A DNA stretch of 64,000 bases. It comes from a virus (lineage: Duplodnaviria; Caudoviricetes). The notes below the pieces were generated by a model. That model worked only from the letters and a program-made list of their open reading frames with translations, had not been told where the DNA came from and made no database searches. How positions within the stretch are numbered: position 1 is the stretch's first letter; each line of letters starts with the position of its first letter. A program made the translations under genes and the position numbers. The stretch lies in IMG/VR virus record IMGVR_UViG_3300033991_000293, positions 706-64,705 of that record. One strand, given 5' to 3'. Positions 55,798-64,000 of this stretch are shown here, in pieces.

Positions 55798-57117
55798 ATG
55801 ATGAATCCACTACCTGACGAAACAGAAACTCTTACCCTGCCAGGGATGCCAGGGGAACTGACCCTGGAAACCAAGACATCCCTGCTGGAGCAAGCCCAAC
55901 AGGAGACTGATAGTGACCACGTCTCCACCGTTGTGTTTCAGTTACGGAAACTGCGCGAAAGAGGAATCCTGGTGGATGTGGATATCCACGGAGTCACGCT
56001 TTTCTCGCGCAGGATTGGCCTGGCTGAATTGGGAATCCCTATGGGTAGCATGAGGGGGAAAACCATCACCCCAGGGATAAAATATATGGCCCCCCGCGAT
56101 TTCTGCCGCAAGTTGGCGACCGTCAGCCAGCGCCTGCGGGATGTCCTCGACAAGGCATCGGACGACGTCACAGGATTCCGCCCCTTCCGGTATATGTTCT
56201 ATAAAGGTTGGCCGAAGTTCATCGAGAAGTGGAACGACGTCCATGATGAATTCGAGACCCTCAAGCAGCAGGCCCTGGATAGCAGGGATTTGTGGGAGCG
56301 TGAATACCTGGATGAATGCGCTCACCGTGCTGCAGAAGCCTGGGAAGCGATCATGGCCACCAATGGTCAGGATCGTGTGCTGATCCTCGAACTCCCTAAT
56401 AGCACTAAGGTCTTCGGAACTGTCGAGGAATTCATGAACTGGATCGTCGAGATTGGCAGGGGGAACTTCCCATCCAGCGATAACATCTCCCGCAACCTGC
56501 GCGCCGATTTCTATACCGCTGTGCTGATCTCGACCGCCGACATCCAGGCCGAAACGACCCGTGAGCAGGAGCAGCAGGCCCTCGAACTCCTGGCGCATAC
56601 AAGAAAAGAAGAAGCCCATGCCAGGAGAGCAAAGGCAGAGCAGCAGCAGCGAGTCGCCGAGAGTGAAGCAGACCTGGCAATGAAAGCCATCTATGATGCG
56701 CAGTTGGAACATGCCCGCCATCAACTGCGCACGACAGTATCCCCATTCGAGGAACTGTTCCAGAACCTGCGCTCTCAGATTTACCATGACGCCAGGGAAA
56801 TGGCCGACAGTATCCGCCGGAATGGGTTTCTCAATCCCCAGGTAGGGAAGCGCATCCACAACCTGATCGATCTCTTCAAGATGAAGGATGCTGTGGGAGA
56901 TATGGAACTCGACCGCCTACTTCATACAGTGGAGGAATGGGCGAACCAGACCCCCAAGCAAACAGGCAAGGCAGGCGAAGTGATGCCCGCCGACCGAGTC
57001 GCCCTGGCCCAACTCGGTACTGCATTGGATGACGTGGTCACCGCCACCCACGAAGCCGCCCGCGCAGTGGCCGAACGCCTCGAAAGGGGAGCAGATATCG
57101 CCGCAGTGGAAATCTAG
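55798..57117 (+). CDS. helical protein, DUF3150-like (tentative)
   Basis: GILVDVDIHG..LFSRR...ELGI...G.KY.AP architecture; coiled C-terminus. Confidence 0.55.
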   Translation: MMNPLPDETETLTLPGMPGELTLETKTSLLEQAQQETDSDHVSTVVFQLRKLRERGILVDVDIHGVTLFSRRIGLAELGIPMGSMRGKTITPGIKYMAPRDFCRKLATVSQRLRDVLDKASDDVTGFRPFRYMFYKGWPKFIEKWNDVHDEFETLKQQALDSRDLWEREYLDECAHRAAEAWEAIMATNGQDRVLILELPNSTKVFGTVEEFMNWIVEIGRGNFPSSDNISRNLRADFYTAVLISTADIQAETTREQEQQALELLAHTRKEEAHARRAKAEQQQRVAESEADLAMKAIYDAQLEHARHQLRTTVSPFEELFQNLRSQIYHDAREMADSIRRNGFLNPQVGKRIHNLIDLFKMKDAVGDMELDRLLHTVEEWANQTPKQTGKAGEVMPADRVALAQLGTALDDVVTATHEAARAVAERLERGADIAAVEI

Positions 57118-57126
57118 GAGAGTAAG

Positions 57127-57798
57127 ATGACAACGAAACGCTACAGAAAATCCATTCAGGTTGATACCGTGACCTATAAGCCTGCAGGGATAACGGCCAG
57201 CATCTATCTCGACCGGAACACCCTGACCTTCTACGCTGACTTCATGGATCAGCACTTCAGCAGTACCACCGCTGAAGAAGTCAAGACCCAGGTATATCAG
57301 GTTATGGTCAGGGTTGCAGACCTGGTGTGGCAGCCTGTGATCGAAGTCGAGAAACTCTCGCCGTTCCACGGAGGAAACGCTCCCTTTGTGGGGTTTGTCG
57401 TAGATCGTTTCTATGTGGCCAGACGGCATGATGGGACTTATGCCAAAGTCCAGTGGCATAGGCCAATACCCATGACGGGAATTTCATCTGCTGACGACGA
57501 CGATGGGCAGGGTAATTGGTTACAATGGTCTGAAACCTTCTACTGGACAAAAGACCAGGGGGAATTCAATCCCCCAACTTTCTTTGATCGCGCAGGGGAT
57601 AGGGGCAGGTATTATCTGCCCTACACCGACCCGCTGTGGGAAGGACTGCAGCATCTCCAGCAGGCCATTGGGGAATTGGATGACCGCCTGGATGGTCTGT
57701 TGGGAACACCGGAAGGATTGAAAGCCCTGGCCACCATTGGTCGACACCTACTGCTGGCCCTGCCTGAACCAGGCGAACCAGCCCAGGAGGGGGAATAA
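57127..57798 (+). CDS. hypothetical protein
   Basis: RBS AGGAG; 223 aa. Confidence 0.75.
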   Translation: MTTKRYRKSIQVDTVTYKPAGITASIYLDRNTLTFYADFMDQHFSSTTAEEVKTQVYQVMVRVADLVWQPVIEVEKLSPFHGGNAPFVGFVVDRFYVARRHDGTYAKVQWHRPIPMTGISSADDDDGQGNWLQWSETFYWTKDQGEFNPPTFFDRAGDRGRYYLPYTDPLWEGLQHLQQAIGELDDRLDGLLGTPEGLKALATIGRHLLLALPEPGEPAQEGE

Positions 57799-57800
57799 CC

Positions 57801-58043
57801 ATGCTCACAATGACCGATTTTCTACTGCTGATCATAGGTGGTTTGCTCGGTCTGCTGGTGATCAATACCTATGTGCTATACAAGATTTGGCAGTCCCGCG
57901 TCAAAGAAGTCCGTGAGATTCCACGCATCCCCCGTGAGGGTTTGTCTGCCATGTTGACCAACATGGTACAAATGGGGATGAAAGTTGTCCACATGCAGGA
58001 GACCGTCACCGGTATATGGAGCATTTGGGTACAGAAGGGATGA
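57801..58043 (+). CDS. small membrane protein
   Basis: N-terminal TM helix; RBS GGAGG. Confidence 0.65.
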   Translation: MLTMTDFLLLIIGGLLGLLVINTYVLYKIWQSRVKEVREIPRIPREGLSAMLTNMVQMGMKVVHMQETVTGIWSIWVQKG

Positions 58044-58048
58044 TCACC

Positions 58049-58075
58049 TGAAGTCTTTGGCACCAATTCCGTATA
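58049..58075 (+). promoter_or_regulatory. phage-sigma-type promoter motif 5
   Basis: TGAAGT-15-CGTATA. Confidence 0.6.
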
Positions 58076-58164
58076 TAGTCCAGCAGGAGATTGACATCCG
58101 CCTCTGTTCTAGGATTTACCAACCAATCTCCTGTCTCTCTCTAAACTGAAACAAGGAGCAAACC

Positions 58165-58419
58165 ATGCCGAACATCGACAGATTCTGGATCATCGCCGCA
58201 TCCAGCGGGAACTTTGAAGTTGTGGTCTTGCTGGATGCTGAGACTGCTGAGGATATGGGCATCGATGTCAATCACATTGAGGAACCCGAAGTCCGGCAGC
58301 AGGTTAGTGAAGCCTTCCTGCCTCCAGGGTATACCGTCTCAGCCATCGTCACTGTCGATATCGTAGCAGGAGAGTCCTGGCTTTTGCCTTTTGGGACCGC
58401 ATTGAAACCGGAGTTGTGA
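58165..58419 (+). CDS. acidic hypothetical protein
   Basis: RBS AAGGAG. Confidence 0.7.
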   Translation: MPNIDRFWIIAASSGNFEVVVLLDAETAEDMGIDVNHIEEPEVRQQVSEAFLPPGYTVSAIVTVDIVAGESWLLPFGTALKPEL

Positions 58420-58697
58420 TGATCGCCATCTTGGTATCCACAGAGAACTTTATCCTGGCAGTTCGCCATCGGGCAACCGGTAGGGATTTCTGGCTCCCGA
58501 TGTGGACAAATCCCGCCCAGGCGGAGAAAATCCGCCAACACCTTGGGCCCGAGTGGGTGATGATCATCTGTCAGAATCCCAACCCCACCATGCTCTGTCA
58601 ACTCCTGGCCAGCATGGTGCAGCAGGCCATTCGAGGGTATGTCTTCGACCCTGGCCCGCGAGAGAGTCGTGTCCCGATCAGCCAATGCATCCAGTGA
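58416..58697 (+). CDS. hypothetical protein
   Basis: Coupled ORF; WLPMWT.P..AE...YVFDPG. Confidence 0.6.
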   Translation: MMIAILVSTENFILAVRHRATGRDFWLPMWTNPAQAEKIRQHLGPEWVMIICQNPNPTMLCQLLASMVQQAIRGYVFDPGPRESRVPISQCIQ

Positions 58698-58706
58698 GGA
58701 ATCAAA

Positions 58707-59060
58707 ATGCGCCACCCCATCCTTGACCAAGACCCGACCAGTGTAACACTAGCCTATGCCCACCATGCCGATAGTGCCAAAGTTACAGTGTACCACCACG
58801 GAACCCTGGCCCTCAAGGGGCAGACCCTGGAGAGTCTGGCCCTGGCCATAATCGAAGTGGCCAGGGAGACCTGGCAGGAACTGGCCTGTGTCCCGATCAT
58901 CACCAGGCCCCAGGAGGGGGAATTGCACATAGCCGTCTATGGCCTGGCCGACACAGAACAACAGGAATTCGAGACCTGGTTGTGGCGATTGAATGCCGCA
59001 CAGGTTTTGACCAGTCTTGGCCTCGAGTGCCCACCCAATACCCTGGATGTTGTACAATGA
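58707..59060 (+). CDS. hypothetical protein
   Basis: RBS GAGGA. Confidence 0.65.
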   Translation: MRHPILDQDPTSVTLAYAHHADSAKVTVYHHGTLALKGQTLESLALAIIEVARETWQELACVPIITRPQEGELHIAVYGLADTEQQEFETWLWRLNAAQVLTSLGLECPPNTLDVVQ

Positions 59061-59443
59061 GTCACGATACCTTCATGCAGGAGTGGGAAGCCTCTGTTAC
59101 TGCCTATATGCGAGAGTGGGAAGCCTATGTCACCAGCGCCAAGCAGGAGTGGGAAGCCGAAGTGATCTCTGCTCTAGCAGAGTGGGAAGCCGCTATGTCT
59201 GCCCTGCCCGATGGAGCCCCCCACCTGATCCATACCCCACCAACAGTCACGGCAGAAACAGTCTTTAACCACCATACTCCACCTGCCCTGCCCGACCTGG
59301 ACCCCCTCGATCTGGAACCGCCACCGATCGGTACTTCCTGGAAGCCCAAGAAAGTCGTAATCAAACTGAAAAGTCAAGCCGATAGCACGCCAGCGCCACC
59401 GGAGTCCCCCGACCGAGATCCCCTGGATATGATCGAAAAGTGA
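59057..59443 (+). CDS. hypothetical protein with 11-residue EWEA repeats
   Basis: ATGA coupling; four GAGTGGGAAGCC at 33-bp period. Confidence 0.65.
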   Translation: MSHDTFMQEWEASVTAYMREWEAYVTSAKQEWEAEVISALAEWEAAMSALPDGAPHLIHTPPTVTAETVFNHHTPPALPDLDPLDLEPPPIGTSWKPKKVVIKLKSQADSTPAPPESPDRDPLDMIEK

Positions 59444-59448
59444 CCACC

Positions 59449-59475
59449 TGAAGTTTTTGCGATCAACTTCGTTAT
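59449..59475 (+). promoter_or_regulatory. phage-sigma-type promoter motif 6
   Basis: TGAAGT-15-CGTTAT. Confidence 0.7.
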
Positions 59476-59510
59476 ATAGGTAGACCATGATCATACCCAG
59501 GAGGAAACAG

Positions 59511-61103
59511 ATGACAGATTTAGCCGACCGCAGCATAAGTACCGCCCTTCGTGCACGTGTCCCTGTTGTCGCAGTGGAAACGCACGAGGAAGATCGTATC
59601 CTCAGCATGCTCAGGGAACTGAGTGTCAACCCGCGATTCCCTGACCCGCGCAAGCCTGACGATGCGACCCGACCGATCTATGGGTGGAGCCTGGCACGTG
59701 GTATTGCCGAGATAGCCTCGACCGGCAGCCAGGTCATGATCCCGCCCGACCTGACTGACCCCATTGCCGCCCTGCAGTGGTTTCTCGATTGGGGCAAGAC
59801 CAACATTGATACCCCCGCGATCTTGGCGATGTTTGACCCCTGCCCCGCATTTGCCAAAGCCATCTTTACTCGCCTGGTACGCGAAGCCGCCATCGCCCTG
59901 CGCTCGCGTAAGCAGAACCTCTTCCTGGTAGCACCCAGCATTGACTTGCCTGCCGACTTGCGCCACGACGTGACCCTCATCACGTACCCCCTACCGACCT
60001 TCGAGGAATTGGTGCATCTCGTCAGCGTCAAGGTGGACACGATGCGAGATAAGGATGTGGCCACGGATCTGAAACAGGTTGACATCGAGACTGCCGCTCG
60101 CGCCCTGACGGGCATGACCATGATGAAGGCAGAAGAAGCCATGCGCCTGGCCATTGCCTCGACCGGCAGGTTTTATCTGGAGCAGGCCCTGCCCATTTTG
60201 CTCCAGCAGAAAGCGCAGATGTGCAAGGCCAGCGGAGCCCTCGAATATTTCCATACCCAGGCATCCTGGAGCGACATTGGTGGATTGGATCTCCTGAAGC
60301 AATATGCCGCCAAGTGCCTGCGCACATTCGAACCGGCAGCCGCCAGATTCGGAGTCCATCGCCGCAGGGGGATTCTCCTGGTTGGTTTGCCTGGGTGTGG
60401 TAAGAGTCTATCGGCCAAAGCCATCGCAGGCAACCGTCTGCCTCTGTTGCGCCTCAACGTTGGGGCATTGTTTGGGGAATTGGTGGGGCAGAGTGAACGG
60501 CAGACCCGCCAGGCCCTATCCATCGTAGATGCTATTGATCAATGCGTCCTACATGTGGATGAGATTGACAAGGGATTGGGTGAGTCTGCCGGGGACCGCG
60601 ATGGAAATACCAGCCAAAGAGTCTTTGGAACGTTCCTCACATGGATGGAGGAAACTTCCTCCCATGCCTTCGTGGTTGCTACGGCCAACCGCATCAGCGT
60701 CCTGCGTCCCGAACTCGTCCGGCGATTCGATACAGTCTTTTTCATAGATTTGCCCGACCCCATCTCCCGCAAGCAGATTCTCGAAATTCACCTGCGCAAG
60801 CGCAAGCAAGACCCGACCTGCTTTGATCTGGCGCATCTGGTGTCCCTGACGGAATGGTTTGTGGGAAGCGAGATTGAGCAGATCGTCGAGGATGCGGTCA
60901 TGGAAGCCTACTGCAGCGATCAGCAGGTCACCACCGATATCCTCATCGCCCAGGCCGAACAGAAGCAGGGGAATAAACTGACCACGATCATGGGTGAGGA
61001 ACTTGATGAAATGCGCCAGTGGGCAAGTCGCGCCCGCGCAGCCTCCAGCGCCCAGGCGACCGGTATCCGCACGGTCAGCGCCGAAGATGCGATGGAACTG
61101 TAA
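59511..61103 (+). CDS. Ycf46-like AAA+ ATPase
   Basis: ETHEEDR N-domain, DIGGLDLLK, GLPGCGKSLSAKA, HVDEIDK, FLTWMEE, ATAN and RFD..FFIDLP. Confidence 0.9.
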   Translation: MTDLADRSISTALRARVPVVAVETHEEDRILSMLRELSVNPRFPDPRKPDDATRPIYGWSLARGIAEIASTGSQVMIPPDLTDPIAALQWFLDWGKTNIDTPAILAMFDPCPAFAKAIFTRLVREAAIALRSRKQNLFLVAPSIDLPADLRHDVTLITYPLPTFEELVHLVSVKVDTMRDKDVATDLKQVDIETAARALTGMTMMKAEEAMRLAIASTGRFYLEQALPILLQQKAQMCKASGALEYFHTQASWSDIGGLDLLKQYAAKCLRTFEPAAARFGVHRRRGILLVGLPGCGKSLSAKAIAGNRLPLLRLNVGALFGELVGQSERQTRQALSIVDAIDQCVLHVDEIDKGLGESAGDRDGNTSQRVFGTFLTWMEETSSHAFVVATANRISVLRPELVRRFDTVFFIDLPDPISRKQILEIHLRKRKQDPTCFDLAHLVSLTEWFVGSEIEQIVEDAVMEAYCSDQQVTTDILIAQAEQKQGNKLTTIMGEELDEMRQWASRARAASSAQATGIRTVSAEDAMEL

Positions 61104-61106
61104 AGA

Positions 61107-61140
61107 AGGATGGGCCCGGGCCCCTGCCCAGGCCCATCCT
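61107..61140. terminator. GC-rich hairpin after the AAA gene
   Basis: AGGATGGGCC/GGCCCATCCT stem; no U-tract. Confidence 0.4.
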
Positions 61141-61168
61141 ATGATCATCATAGACTGGAGGAAGTGGC

Positions 61169-61327
61169 ATGGAGAATTACGAACTTATCGCCGGAACGCT
61201 CATAATCACGGTAGATCGTTTTTTCACTATCGGTCTTCTACCGCGTATCCTGAGTGAGATTCTGTTGGAACTGCTGCTCGTCGATGCCGAAAGCATCGAG
61301 AGCATCGAACTGGTCAAGGTAAAGTGA
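61169..61327 (+). CDS. small hypothetical protein (52 aa, below the track cut-off)
   Basis: RBS GGAGG; GTGA-coupled to the next ORF. Confidence 0.5.
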   Translation: MENYELIAGTLIITVDRFFTIGLLPRILSEILLELLLVDAESIESIELVKVK

Positions 61328-61563
61328 CGTCCATTAACAGGGAAGTTCTCTATGATATAGCAGATGATCTGCAAGGAACCTGCCAGACCCTGGAAAGGAT
61401 GATTGAGAAATACGATCTGCACATATCGCCTGTTCAACTCAGGGATGCCCTGCTCGATACAAATACCGAACAGTGCTCCAAGTGCAAGTATTGGTTTGAA
61501 AGTTGTGAATTGGTAGACGACGAGGGAAACTTGGTGGGATGCGATCAATGCCGAAAGCATTGA
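61324..61563 (+). CDS. zinc-finger hypothetical protein
   Basis: CSKCKYWF...CDQC. Confidence 0.65.
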   Translation: MTSINREVLYDIADDLQGTCQTLERMIEKYDLHISPVQLRDALLDTNTEQCSKCKYWFESCELVDDEGNLVGCDQCRKH

Positions 61564-61585
61564 CACAATCGAAATGGAGCCACGC

Positions 61586-61795
61586 ATGGCCAATAAGGTG
61601 ACCAAAGCCGAACGCATGAGAATACAGAACCGTGCAAGCCAACTCGTCCATCTGGATGCCGATACCCAGGTAATCGACCGTGTGGGAGTGATCCAGCAAC
61701 TGGTGGATGAATTTGACATCAGCCGTGACCGCGCACAAACCGCGATCTCCCGTGTCGCCATGCGCGAACGCGCCAGGAAAGGGGCAGGATCGTGA
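61586..61795 (+). CDS. hypothetical basic helical protein
   Basis: RBS GGAG. Confidence 0.6.
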   Translation: MANKVTKAERMRIQNRASQLVHLDADTQVIDRVGVIQQLVDEFDISRDRAQTAISRVAMRERARKGAGS

Positions 61796-62031
61796 TCAAG
61801 GCCCACTTTTTTGCATCTCATAAAAGGAAAAGATACAGTCATCGTCGTGTTAGTATCTACGCATTTAACGATGGCGGTCACATGGTACTCATCAAGGCAT
61901 CCTCAATGAAGCAAGCCGCCAGTGGCATGGGAGTTTCGCTATCTACCTTCAGCAGATGGGGCAGTAAGACCAACAAGCCCGATACTGTGCAAGTAGACCA
62001 TGATTTTACAGCCAGGAGGAACCATGAGTGA
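61792..62031 (+). CDS. hypothetical protein with HTH-like segment
   Basis: SMKQAASGMGVSLSTFSRW. Confidence 0.55.
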   Translation: MIKAHFFASHKRKRYSHRRVSIYAFNDGGHMVLIKASSMKQAASGMGVSLSTFSRWGSKTNKPDTVQVDHDFTARRNHE

Positions 62032-62305
62032 AGCAATCCGCAGCATCAAGCACGTCCGCCTCTACATTCGAGAGCAGCCCGCCGGTCACCTGCGATTGAT
62101 CACCTTCGCCTGCCGTGAATTGATCGCAGTGCTGATCACTGCCTTGTTGACTGGCCTGTATGAAGCCGCCAGCACATTTGTCACCGCGATGGATCTCGAG
62201 TGTTATCTGCAAGTTTGGGCCGAGACAGTCCGGCACACTGCTCAGGGGGGGGAAGTTTGGATTGATCACCGGATTATCCTTTGGCCGGTCAAGAAGGAGT
62301 CTTGA
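62024..62305 (+). CDS. hypothetical protein
   Basis: RBS CCAGGAGGA. Confidence 0.65.
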   Translation: MSEAIRSIKHVRLYIREQPAGHLRLITFACRELIAVLITALLTGLYEAASTFVTAMDLECYLQVWAETVRHTAQGGEVWIDHRIILWPVKKES

Positions 62306-62725
62306 ATGGATGATATCGTACCACGCACGAGATTTGTCTACATGATGCGCAACCGCCCGCCAGGTATAGGGTGTCAGCCGGATGGTTTTCTGTGGGATGA
62401 GACCGAAACCTGGATACCCATGCGGGAGCATCCCTATCCGCCCCGCCACCTGGTGGGTTTGCGATTCCTGGGTAAAGCCGTCTACCCGCAGGCCCTGACC
62501 TTCGAGCAAATCTGGCAATATGAACTGTGGCCGGAAGACCCCCTCGAGTGGGCAGAGTACACGTTCTGGAGGGAAGGGGAAGATGGTGCCTGGTTGCGCA
62601 AAGACTACCTGGAGCAGTCTGTGGAATTCCTGCAGGAGCAGGCCAAGCGTGACCATAAGGCAGTCGCCGCCCTGATCATCAAGGAGTGGGAAGGTATCCA
62701 TCCGTTGGAGGATAGGGATGAATGA
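62306..62725 (+). CDS. DarA C-terminal-domain-like protein (tentative)
   Basis: YMMRNRPPGIGCQP...G...Y...LTFEQIWQYEL pattern. Confidence 0.5.
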   Translation: MDDIVPRTRFVYMMRNRPPGIGCQPDGFLWDETETWIPMREHPYPPRHLVGLRFLGKAVYPQALTFEQIWQYELWPEDPLEWAEYTFWREGEDGAWLRKDYLEQSVEFLQEQAKRDHKAVAALIIKEWEGIHPLEDRDE

Positions 62726-62930
62726 TGGATGGTTTGCAGGAGCAGACTACCCCTGGACTTTGCATTATTTCCGCAATGGCCAGGCCATCTGTGGGAGTCA
62801 GGATACTGCCTTTGCCGTCATAGGCCGGAGAATCTGTGCCGAGTGCACGGTCATAGTCCAGGCCGGAGTCAGGCAACAGGAGCAGCAATATAGGAAACTG
62901 CAAACTACATCATCAATAAGGACAAGATGA
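62718..62930 (+). CDS. small zinc-finger hypothetical protein
   Basis: LHYF....AICG...CAEC. Confidence 0.6.
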   Translation: MNDGWFAGADYPWTLHYFRNGQAICGSQDTAFAVIGRRICAECTVIVQAGVRQQEQQYRKLQTTSSIRTR

Positions 62931-62946
62931 ATCACAAACAGCCTCC

Positions 62947-62973
62947 TGAAGTTTTCACGATGTACTTCGTTAA
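62947..62973 (+). promoter_or_regulatory. phage-sigma-type promoter motif 7
   Basis: TGAAGT-15-CGTTAA. Confidence 0.6.
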
Positions 62974-63027
62974 TGTGGTGGGCAGCCTCCCAGGAGGGGG
63001 AGCCCTAGACTACAGGAGGAACAGATT

Positions 63028-63837
63028 ATGACAGACAAGACATTAGTTAACCGGAACATGCAACCCTGGGGAAGCAGCGCAGTCCTCGATGCCCTGGCTG
63101 ACCGATGGAAGCGCCTCGTCCCAGGAGGGGATGAACTGTCCCATGATCAGGCCCTGGCAGCCGCCCAGGCCGCCCTGTTGTGGGGAGCGAATCCCTTTAG
63201 TGGCCAGATTCGCGCCTGGATCACGAAAGAGGGGAAACTGATCATTATGCCAGGATATACCCTCATCGTGAATTGGGCGAACACAAAAAGTCCATTCATC
63301 CGCAAGTTTGAGAAAGTGACTGGCCACGGAGTGCCAAAGAGAGCCATCGCCTACAAATGCAGCATTCTCCGTGTGGATACCATGCCGGTCTTTAACGCAT
63401 TCACGGCAGGGGGAGCAGATTATCTGGCTGCCTTTGACTTGTGCGCGATCAGCGCCATAGGGATGGTCAAGCCGGATGAAATGTTCGACGAGGAAGGCAA
63501 TCCCATCCCCACCGGTCTGATCAACTGGTCTTGGGATGATGCAGCACAGAAACGCGCACTACTCAAGGGTATTCGGCAGGCTTATGGGTACCCGACCATC
63601 GCCGAGATTGCAGTGATGTCCTGGGGAGTTGAGGGAACTGAGACTGATGAAGATGATTGGGAGACTGCCTGGGAAGAATATCCAGCCGGCACCGACGACG
63701 ACCGCGCCCAGGTAGCCGCCCTCAGTGCCCGCACCCGCCAGGCCCTGGAGAAATTGGCCGAACTCAGTCCAGAACAACTGGCGCAGGAACTCGCTAATGC
63801 AAACCTGATGCTGCACCCTGCCCCTGCCGACATATAG
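63028..63837 (+). CDS. RecT/Red-beta-like single-strand annealing protein
   Basis: GANPFSGQI.AW...MPGY...WDDAAQKRALLKGIRQAYG. Confidence 0.65.
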   Translation: MTDKTLVNRNMQPWGSSAVLDALADRWKRLVPGGDELSHDQALAAAQAALLWGANPFSGQIRAWITKEGKLIIMPGYTLIVNWANTKSPFIRKFEKVTGHGVPKRAIAYKCSILRVDTMPVFNAFTAGGADYLAAFDLCAISAIGMVKPDEMFDEEGNPIPTGLINWSWDDAAQKRALLKGIRQAYGYPTIAEIAVMSWGVEGTETDEDDWETAWEEYPAGTDDDRAQVAALSARTRQALEKLAELSPEQLAQELANANLMLHPAPADI

Positions 63838-63852
63838 AGAGTGAGGAACACC

Positions 63853-64000
63853 ATGCCTATGACAGTGACAGTGAGGATCGACGACGATGGTCAAATCACT
63901 GAGTGTGTCGTTCCCCTGCCAGATATCCAGGCCCTGGAACTCCGCATCGCTACAGAGACCCAACAGCCGAAGATGCCACTGGCTTGGGTATTTCTGAGAA
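63853..64000 (+). CDS. hypothetical protein (truncated by the window end)
   Basis: RBS GAGGA; open to the end of the window. Confidence 0.5.
   Translation, partial: MPMTVTVRIDDDGQITECVVPLPDIQALELRIATETQQPKMPLAWVFLR

Noticed and set aside
1-64000. tRNA, rRNA, integrase or transposase genes
   Set aside because: No cloverleaf with a T-loop consensus and no recombinase or transposase motifs seen by eye; tRNAscan and HMM searches would be needed to exclude them fully.

Overview
The whole window is the genome, or most of it, of a GC-rich tailed phage with a siphovirus-type gene set. It is probably a temperate phage-plasmid of a Chloroflexota-like host (inference from a DnaA_N-bearing replication initiator and an FtsK/membrane-protein module; no integrase seen). 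The minus strand carries the morphogenesis genes: a ParB-fused DNA methylase, a GT-C glycosyltransferase, terminase (GpA type), a portal-MuF fusion, amidase and holin, a Mu-type protease, capsid, connectors, tail tube, frameshifted tail chaperones, tape measure, tail tip and fibre. The plus strand carries replication, partition and accessory genes. The most unusual elements are: (i) a 7-kb plus-strand island inserted between the portal and lysis genes, headed by a U-poor structured leader RNA, where eight small orphan genes are each preceded by a four-arm alternative-hairpin element; (ii) a ParA/ParG-like pair, an 8-mer repeat array and an FtsK/TraB-like translocase resembling a Streptomyces-type transfer module; (iii) a phage sigma-like factor with seven matching promoter motifs; (iv) apparent exclusion of GAGGY from the + strand across the window; (v) a dispersed Ycf46-AAA/DUF2997/NrdG-like radical SAM module. 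All family calls come from motif recognition by eye; no searches or counts were run by computer.
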